NCBI GenBank assembly: GCA_973895155.1
Contig: OZ316891.1
Location: 31,875,112-31,939,111 of the forward strand
Direction: 5' to 3'
DNA from: Marsupella aquatica
Taxonomy: Eukaryota > Plantae > Marchantiophyta
Length of the DNA stretch: 64,000 nucleotides
Below the pieces are notes generated by a model. The model was given only the letters and a program-made list of their open reading frames with translations. It ran no database searches and was not told where the DNA came from. Made by a program: the position numbers and the translations under genes. This document shows, one piece after another, positions 55,722 through 64,000 of the stretch; the first letter of the stretch is position 1, and every line of letters starts with the position of its first letter.

Positions 55722-56993
55722 CTAGCTGAATACCTGTGCGTTGCACAAAAGAAGTCGTGTCGGCCAAGATGTCATTGAGAAAAAATGATGTAGTGTCAGC
55801 CAAGAGGTCGTGGAGAAAAAAGATGTAGTGAAGAGAAAAGATGTTGTGTTGCCCAAGAGGTCGTTGAGAGAAACGATGTCGTGTCGCCCAAGAGGTCGTT
55901 GAGAGTATATATGTCGTGTCGCCCAAGAGGACATTGAGAGAAAAGAAGTTGCGTTGGTCAAGATGACGTTGAGAAAAAAAAGATGTTGTATTGGCCAAGA
56001 GGTCGTTGAAAGAAAATATGTAGTGTCAACCAAGAGGTCGTGGAGAAAAAAGATGTCTTGTCGCCCCAGAGGTCATTGAGAAATAAAGATATCGTGTCGC
56101 CCAAGAAGACGTTGAGAAAAAAACATGTGTTGGCCAAGAGATCATTGAGCAAAAAATGTCATGTCGGCCAGAAGGGTTTAGGGGAAAAAAGACGTTGTGT
56201 CGGCCAAGATGTCGTTGAGAAAAAAATTTCATGTTGGCGAAGATGTTGAGATAAAAAAACGTTGTGTCGGCCAAGACATCGTTCACGGAAAATACCCGTG
56301 CGTTGCACAAAAGATATTGTTAAGAAATAAGATGTCGTGTTGCCCAAGATGTTGTTAAGTGGAAGATATCACAAAGTAAAAAGATGTCTTTAAAAAAGTA
56401 GTTTTGCGAAACATGCCATTGTGTGAAAGATGTTATGAAATAAAAAAATCAAGGAAACTAAGAAGGAGTGAGTCTTTTTCTTTGTTTTGTTTTTTTACCC
56501 AAAATGCCCATGCATTTGAATGGCGACCACTATAAATTAACTAACTTCCAAAGAGTTAAATCTCTTTTTTAAGAGCAAAAGCCAAAATAATATAATGTCA
56601 ACCTACTCTCTTCCCCTTAGTGCTCACTCCCTACCAAAACCATTACCTCCAGTAAATCTTTTCATTTTGATGCCCCATGCCAAATGTACTCTAAAATAAT
56701 AATATACTTACACTTTAATGCTCCATACCAAAAAGTATTATACGCAAGCTACAAAATAACTACAGTAACACATGCAAGTACTCTATGACATATTATATCT
56801 ACTTTGTATTATAATTTACATACCTACCTTGTACTATAACTTACAGCCAATTTTAGGTTCCCATCTCACTCAATCCAAGAGCCATAAATAATTCTAGAAA
56901 ATATCCAATGGCTTAGCTTTGTTCCCTCCTTTTTCATTTTTGTAACGGGGACGAACGACTACAACTGGCGGGATTAGTTATTATAGTAGTAGA
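55722..56993 (-). mobile_element. Non-autonomous Helitron, 1272 bp
   Basis: On the minus strand the 5' end reads A|TCTACTACTATAATAA and the 3' end has hairpin TGTGCAACGCACA + GGTATTCAG CTAG|T. No TSD. Internal ~37-bp repeats. Confidence 0.85.
55745..56355 (+). repeat. About 37-bp minisatellite inside the Helitron
   Basis: About 15 units of gtgtcg.ccaaga.gtcgttgagaaaaaa. Confidence 0.9.
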
Positions 56994-58330
56994 TATATGA
57001 CCAGCATAGACAAAACCAGAGTATTACCGTGACAACATGGAGCTTCAGTTGCGCAAGCAAATGAACAGCATATCCATGGAAGCAAGTTGTTGACATTTGT
57101 CAATTATCTCAGTGTCGGTAAACGCATCCTGCTGCCAGATCTTTCGTCAAAGACAGTGAATAATGGAGTCACCTCAATCTGTTGAGGAACAAATTAAGAT
57201 TGTTTCCACAGTCATGGTAATTACAAACAAAGAGAGAAGAAGAAAGGTACAGGGTAGGCGAGGTCCAGCTAATTAAATAATTGAAAATCCTGCCAGAAGC
57301 TATGGTGGCTTAGAGCTAAGGAAACCGAGGAAAGCATACACCTTCTTAAGCTTTGCACAGGAGAGACAACAGACAACTAGGACGAAATCTTGCAAGAGGA
57401 GTCCTCGGTGGCTGATGTGGTGTTTTGCCGGCCTGGAATGTTTGAGGGGTCGTTCAGGCCCGAGAAGACTTGCACCAAGTTGAGCATTTCCTGAGGTATT
57501 CGGTTGGAGGAGGAGGAGCAACATTTGCCCTCTCACCATACACGGCATGCATCCTGTCGAAGTGAGGGCAGATTTTGTCGAGGTTGTCCTCCGACGTCAT
57601 TCCTGCCCAAAACTCCGCCATTGATAAACCAGCTCCTAAATTGTTTTTGGCGTCCTTATATTATCCTTCATGGCGAGAGCCTCCTTATACCCTAAACCGT
57701 AACGTCAAAACCTTTTTCCCAAGTTATCTCCCGTGCCTACAAATTTGGGGAAACCGTTGGCATGGAGATGAACTTGTCCCCACAGGCACCCTACGAGAGG
57801 ATCCATTCAGCATATCAAAACTCTTTGCATCTTCCGATTCATATCGCTTCCACGAACCTGCCCACAATTGGATGCGACCATGTCCGTTCCGTGTTCATTC
57901 ACCTGCGAGTGTACCACTACACTACTGCTGGATCCTGCGACACTCCCCATCCAGACAATACTGGAAATGTAGCAGCGCCCCACATCGAATTTGCCATACC
58001 TTCTCTTTCTACTCCCGACTTTCACACGGAAAATTAGTAATCACAGAGAGAGGTGAGCTTGAATTTTGAAACCCTACACCCTAAACCCTCCAAAATGTCG
58101 CGCATTACCACCAGTAGCAGACAAGTTGCAGAGCAAAGTCGGCCCAGGTGTTCAAATGGGAACAAGACGGGCTTTCCTTAACCTAGGGTAAACCCGGCTT
58201 TGTAAGAGGCCCCCTTGGTTTTGCATGGCCGAAAACTCTGTCCCGGGCGGCTTTCCGGACAAACTGTGCTCGTGACCATGTTCGATGGCGCCAAGTTTGA
58301 GATGCCCTAGTAGTAGTAGTAGTAGGAGTA

Positions 58331-58450
58331 CTGTAGTAGAGGCTTCACCACTTGGCTTTCCGGTCATTAACCAGGCCTTATGGGATGGAGCTGTAGTAGA
58401 GGCTTCACCACTTGGCTTTCCGGTCATTAACCAGGCCTTATGGGATGGAG
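58331..58450 (+). repeat. Perfect 60-bp tandem duplication
   Basis: ctgtagtagaggcttcacc...tgggatggag twice. Confidence 0.95.
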
Positions 58451-58643
58451 TAGGAGCCATCCAAGAGTTGTGCTCAGATGAGGGATGAAGTACGGACCAA
58501 TAATGAGTTTGTCCGTGGCTGCCGTTGGGATACTCCCTTCAGATATGGAGATGGGACCATGGATCCGGAAGGAAAAATTCTACAAATTAAGTAGCAAAGA
58601 ATGAGAAGGCTGTGTTGTAGGGGCCTAAGTTTAGGGTGAGCCG

Positions 58644-59438
58644 TTGCGGAAGATGGAAGCCGACGGGAGGGATGTCCGTGGCACGGTGGAGATGAAGCAC
58701 GAGTTGCAACGTAAGTTGGCAGAGCTTGCCATCCTAAATGGACAGTACGCAGCTGAGAACCTGCTGCTTAAGGAGAAGGTGGCCAGGTGGGATAAGGCGT
58801 TGGGTGCAGTCCGGAAGCAGCGTGATATGCTGGCGTTTCGGGTTGATGATGCTTGCAAGGTTGCTTCAACAAAGCAAATGGATGTGTGCACTGGAATGAC
58901 GAAGGATCACCAGGCGACAAGAGAGGCGTCGGAGCGAGAACCGAGTGATGTTCCCGAGGTGGCCGCTAGACAGTCAGACGATCTGAGGAGTCAGCGGACC
59001 GCGGCCTTGGAGGAAGTCAAGAGCCGGAATGGAGAATCGAGGGATGTTCCCAAGGGGGCCGCTAGCCAGTTGCGTGCTCTGATGAGTCAGCGGACTGCGG
59101 CCTTGGATGAAGTCGAGAGCCGGAATGGCGACATAGTGATGCAGTTTGCGACCTTGCGCGTCTCAAATGAATCTGAACCTAAGGCGAAGGAAGACAGGCA
59201 GAATGGGAAGCCAGATGCACTTGCCGGAGAAGCAGAAGAAGTGGAGCGGAGGAACAAGTACTTGCGGGCCCTAGCGGACAGTCAGATGCAAAAATGTTGC
59301 AAGTGCGCAGAAGTAGGGAAGGAGTGGCGAGGAGGATTATTAGGTTCACGACGACCCGGCAAATCGGCCACTTATGAATGGGAGGAGCATCCTAGTTTTT
59401 GTAGGGAATTAAGCTTTTGTTGGGAAAGTTTAGGGTAA
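58644..59438 (+). CDS. Coiled-coil protein; probable N-terminal part of the dioxygenase gene
   Basis: 264-aa ORF with an internal duplication (DVP..AA.Q...L.SQRTAAL.EV.SRNG twice). It overlaps the start of the next ORF by 22 nt. Confidence 0.5.
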   Translation: MRKMEADGRDVRGTVEMKHELQRKLAELAILNGQYAAENLLLKEKVARWDKALGAVRKQRDMLAFRVDDACKVASTKQMDVCTGMTKDHQATREASEREPSDVPEVAARQSDDLRSQRTAALEEVKSRNGESRDVPKGAASQLRALMSQRTAALDEVESRNGDIVMQFATLRVSNESEPKAKEDRQNGKPDALAGEAEEVERRNKYLRALADSQMQKCCKCAEVGKEWRGGLLGSRRPGKSATYEWEEHPSFCRELSFCWESLG

Positions 59439-60274
59439 AACGAATCTGCACCGATGTCCACGAGCTCGTTAGGCAAAAGAATCTACTCTTCCCTACTGCT
59501 GATCTACCTGTGTGGCTGAGCGAAAGTCTTATCGTTAAGGATCGGAATGATAAGCCGCTGTTGTATTTTTTGAAACATGCCCTTCAAAGACCTTTCCAAA
59601 ATAGAGATCCTACGTTGGAAGGATTAGAAGCTCTTGAAGAGCTTGTGGAGGTGTACCCGCCAAATCGACCTGCATCTGCAAATGGCAGATTCAAGGGACA
59701 AGCTATTCCCCTTGGCTCGGGTGTACACCATCTGGCATTTTGGCATGGCACCGGTCACAAACATGTCCCAGGGGTTTTGTCGCAGCACATCATTGGATCC
59801 GGGAAGAAGTTGAATTGGATCGTAGAGTTCATAAACAAGTTCACGCCGGTGACACAGGCGATTGGAGCGCTCTTTGAATGCATCGACAGTGACATGTACG
59901 AAACATATAAGGCAGTGTTTGATGCTTTCGCTCCTGGAGCAGCCAGTTATATGCATTCCACTTCCCGAAATTGTTTCTTAGGGATGGCAATAAATACACA
60001 ACTCGCTCCTGGTCCGTACAGAGATACAAATGACCCTGTGGATGTCTGGGTTGCGAATGTAGCGTTTGGTGATTTTGAGGGTGGACGTTTGGAAGTGCCA
60101 CAACTTGGTTTACAATTTGTATTACAACCTGGAGATGTGGTGTTTATGCGGTCGGCCGTTCTGCAACACTCGATATCGAGGATAACGTCCGGCTCTAGGT
60201 TCGGCGTAGTGTTTTTTACTCACGAAGCGAACTTTGCAGAGAATCTTCGCAAGTCACGGATCAGTACCGAGTAA
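59417..60274 (+). CDS. TET/JBP-like 2OG-Fe(II) dioxygenase domain (first His replaced by Tyr)
   Basis: FLGMAIN...YRD..D..VAFGDFEGGRL..PQLGL....PGDVVFMRS..LQH...SRFGVVFFTH fits the double-stranded beta-helix pattern of transposon-associated TET/JBP proteins. Confidence 0.75.
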   Translation: MLGKFRVKRICTDVHELVRQKNLLFPTADLPVWLSESLIVKDRNDKPLLYFLKHALQRPFQNRDPTLEGLEALEELVEVYPPNRPASANGRFKGQAIPLGSGVHHLAFWHGTGHKHVPGVLSQHIIGSGKKLNWIVEFINKFTPVTQAIGALFECIDSDMYETYKAVFDAFAPGAASYMHSTSRNCFLGMAINTQLAPGPYRDTNDPVDVWVANVAFGDFEGGRLEVPQLGLQFVLQPGDVVFMRSAVLQHSISRITSGSRFGVVFFTHEANFAENLRKSRISTE

Positions 60275-60289
60275 GATTAGAGCCATTGG

Positions 60290-61937
60290 GGCTGTAGGTC
60301 TGTGGCGGGGTGTGAGGATGGTTTCTTGGTACTCTGCTCTCACTATGCAATTTGTGAACATTCTTCAATGAAGATATGATGGATGACATCGAACAAGATA
60401 TCCCATTGAATTGCTGGTTTGGTAGCGCTAGTGGAGCAATGAGAAGCATTTTTCAATGAAAATGAGCTTCAGAGCAACACCAATTGTCTGTGCTCCTTTC
60501 GATGGATTCCAGTTTTAAGACACTTGGAAATGATCTCGGAGGTACGCCATCCAGATCCATTCTCCGACAATCCCCTTTTTGTGATGTCTCATTTTACGTG
60601 CTTCAGCCTGTTTCTTAAAGACCTCCTTCATCCTTTTCTCTCCATGCGATCAGTGGTTTTCGGAAGGCTCCTGTGTTTGTGTGTTCGCCCCCTAAGAGAC
60701 CTTTTTTCCAGTTCGTCAAAAGGCCTTTCTTAAAAAGTGCCAGCATCATAAGGTGGTGAGTTGGGATAGCCTTGAGAATGTGTTTTAGCATTATCACCCT
60801 ACCAGCAAACATGAGGCTGCTGTTCGCCCATGTGTGGAGACGCTTCCTCAACTTGCCCAGAAGGAAATTTGCATCTTGTGAAGGTCGAGTCTTACACCTC
60901 CAAGGCAAATACATATCTCTGCCTCTTTAGCAATTTTGCATCCCGTTTCCTTGGGCCAGTCAGGAGATGCCATTCTCCAGGTAGATCGGAATATGATTTG
61001 AGACCTTTTGACGTTCAAGACAGCTCCCGAGATGTTCTCGAACCTTTGGATCACCTCACGAGCAGCAACGAATTGCTCTGCAGTGTCTTCGAGGAATAGT
61101 CCCGTGTCATCAGCGAAGAGCTGGTGGCAAAGACTACTCCCATTACAGAGTTGCAATGCATTGACGACCCCTGCATCCAATTGTTGTTTGAGCCTGGCCA
61201 TCAGAGGTTGTTTGGTGAGTGTCAAAAGGATGCTGGAGAGCGGACATCCCTGTCAACTTCTGTGAGGGTAAGCATAGTGAGTGGTCGCTAATTTGACAAC
61301 TGTAGCAAGTCCTGACTCTTGGGCATGAGTTCAATAACTTCGGCTAGTGGCTTTGGTTGTCATGGTTCCGTGTTAATGTAAGCCCGATTAACAGCAGAGT
61401 AAGTAGGACCCATGTACGACCATCCCTTTAGCAGCATCTTGATGGTGACTCCGTTGATTCCTGGTGACTTTTCTTTTGGCATCCCTGTAACCACTTTAAG
61501 AATATCTGCATCTTTGGTTGTCTACCTAGATACACTGCCTTGGTTACCTCGACATCTCCTCCCTGTCCTTTTGTTTCCTTTTTGTGCTTTCTTCGGTTTG
61601 TTGGGACCTCTCTCTGTACGTCCACTCTGTTAGGATCCGAAGCAGGCATCCGGGAGAGGACGGTAAATTATTACATCCACCTGGTAGTTTCCCACTCCTG
61701 GCACCGCAATGTTGATGTACTCAATCGGGTCTTCATATTACATGAAACACATCCTCGTATGTGAGAGAATTTACTCCTGGATTTATGTGTCTGCGCATAT
61801 ATAGCACAGTTCCAACCTCGGCAAGCATAATATTCAAAAGCAGGGTTGAACAGCGGCATGTTGATCCAAACAGGAGCCCTGGTAGATTTCATCGGCTTAG
61901 CGTCAAAGTCAGGCGTCCGGGGCATGGCCACTACCAT
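60290..61937 (-). mobile_element. L1-type LINE remnant (ORF1 and RT fragments, heavily deleted)
   Basis: ORF1-like TPDFDAK..APVWINMP. RT motifs GCPLS, HQLFADDT, FENISGAVLN and FAGRVIMLKHILKAIPTH. Confidence 0.85.
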
Positions 61938-63209
61938 CTTCCATCAGAATGTGTTTCGGGAATTCGATATCGATTCAATATCAATGTTTAAGGTAGTCGC
62001 GTGTAAGATTGAAGTCCAGAGTGTATAGAATGATTCCTCTCTTCTGTAGGTGAAGTATTCTGCTAACGATGATATTTCGGTCTACCCTGACAGTTTCGGA
62101 TCTCATCCTAACTGTCGGACGGTGCTGCAGTGTAGGACAGTTCACGGTAAACTTCAACAATCCTTCTTGGTCTCTCCTTCATGGGTGTTGGTGTTCGCAC
62201 TTGTGACCTACCACCCGATACATGCTGAGTTCTGTTGTGCGAGTTCGGGTCGCCGTTAACTATCATGCCAGAAAATTGGAGGTTTCGCGTTTGTGCCATA
62301 GCTGTTTCTCTCTGGTGCGCTACCGGAAAACTGTTTAGTATAAAATAAACACGGTCAGTTGATACAGGAAAGAAAAGTGTAAGCTGTGTAAGCTGCTGAG
62401 TTCTACCTGCGCGAGGACTTTCAGTGCCGCCATCGCCAGTCCATCGTGACGTGCAACGAGGCACAACATACCATAAAATTCTTCCAAATAACACTTGGAA
62501 CCAGTTTGGTTCATTTATGCTTTCTTCCCTGGAGTAAACACTGAAAACCTTACAATAGGCAGCCACCAGAGTGCTCAAGTGAACGGAATCCACCAATGTC
62601 CTCTTCCTTTGAGCCTCGTAGCTTGCATGGGTGCAGGTTGAAGCACTTAAATTGGATTGTGCTCTTTCATCTGTTCAGGTTCAGAGCCACAACTATGGTT
62701 CAGAGAACTACTCTCCTGGTTGTTGTGAGTGAAAGTTGTTGTAGCTGTTGTCAGGGGATTCCGCTTTCAATCAGTTCAGTGAGCTCGATCAGCGGAGGCA
62801 ACTCACATCCAGGTTGCATGTGCCCTTCCAAGTCCCTATTGCGAGCAACCTGCTTCATGGTTGGCATTCCTGTCGATCACATAAACAGCCCTCAATTCCA
62901 ACCGTAATTAGAATTCCAAATTGAACAGACTTTCAATTGAACCAGGTTTACATTCAATTAGCACAACATACAAATTCCAATTCACTGGTCAGCCATAGGA
63001 AATGTAATGCATCGAGGCTGAGTACGACTTAGAGTGGACTTTCTCACTTCTATGGGCCGATGACAGATTGACCTTTCGATCGTAATAAAAGAGTATAGAA
63101 TGCCTATAGACTTTGCGAAACCTATTGCCGTTGTTGATGCCTTCATCGGGTTCTTCCATCCCTTCGTGCGACGACTTCCCATGCCATCCCTCCCAACCAC
63201 AATTAATTC

Positions 63210-63445
63210 CTCCCGTCTCCACTTCTCATTGCTTCTCATTCAATTCTTCCCCACCAGAGCCCATAAAATCTCCATAGCTTCTCATGCCTGCAACATAGGG
63301 TCTACGATGCATTGTATGCCAATCAACCCAAAATCACAATTGCATTCCATCGAACCACACAACAATTCTCTCGTGCACTTCTCATCGCTTCTCAATCAAT
63401 TCTTCCCCACCCACCGGCGTCCATAAAATCTCCATAGCTTCTCAA
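63210..63445 (+). repeat. Two ~75-bp imperfect direct repeats
   Basis: cacttctcat.gcttctca.tcaattcttccccacc...ccataaaatctccatagcttctca twice. Confidence 0.7.
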
Positions 63446-64000
63446 GATGCATTGGAATGCCGCAGGCCAGAGGTACTTCTTGCCCTCTATTCAGTAAAGC
63501 ACAGCTCTTCCCACACTTGCTCGTAACCTGGATACGCAGCTACATCCAGCAGGCGATCCGGAGTCACGAGTGCGAGCCAACGCAAACTCTAGCGACCTCC
63601 TCTTCGGGATAACATTTTGGCCCTAAATAGTAAGTTTCCTTTGTAGTTGGTTTGCAATGTTACTGTACTTGTCGTGGATTTACGTTCGGAGTTGTCTATC
63701 CTGGTTTGGTACACTGCATTTACTCTTAACCCAGTAGCTATGATTGCCGTTGGAGTTACTTAATTTACGGATGACTTTATTGACGTATAAGTCCTGCCTT
63801 TCAATTCTGTACACGACTCTCAAGGTAGAATATTTATAAAACTGATGGGAACTTTCCTTCCCGGACACATCATTTTAAAAAATTGTGCGAGATCCATTTG
63901 AATCCCGTTGGCAAACCCGACATAAATAGGACTCTTCTGTAGAGGGTTGCCGACTAGTGAAATGTCGGCAATCAGTCAAATTTGGCTCTCCACATTCGGA

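Noticed and set aside
55745-56355. CRISPR-like array of ~37-bp units
   Set aside because: The units are degenerate with no unique spacers, there are no cas genes, and the array lies inside a eukaryotic Helitron.
57300-58069. ORFs upstream of the dioxygenase as a KDZ transposase
   Set aside because: No CxC or DDE motifs are recognisable.
62000-64000. Short ORFs at the window end
   Set aside because: No motif support; they cannot be assigned.

Overview
Eukaryotic, TE-dense land-plant DNA. Spliceosomal introns, TTTAGGG telo-boxes and the mix of TE families suggest a bryophyte or liverwort, but this is inference. The only conserved housekeeping gene is a 5'-truncated, frameshifted, intron-containing organellar isoleucyl-tRNA synthetase (18.9-24.2 kb). 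Most of the rest is nested mobile DNA. There are two opposite-orientation copies of a large Sola-like DNA transposon with a shared 25-bp terminus, one carrying RPA-like and RING cargo. There are two copies of one Ty3/gypsy family, a Bianca-type copia with identical LTRs, a MULE-MITE, a non-autonomous Helitron, an L1 remnant and a further LTR-element 3' end. Four observations stand out: (i) a 4.1-kb TG...CA unit with a 5-bp TSD that carries an intact 800-aa ORF but no gag/pol, plus a deleted second copy; (ii) one accessory protein motif shared by ORFs in three different element contexts; (iii) a TET/JBP-like 2OG-Fe(II) dioxygenase; (iv) a two-exon Crinkler-type header-nuclease-kinase gene. All family assignments come from reading motifs by eye; no database search was run.
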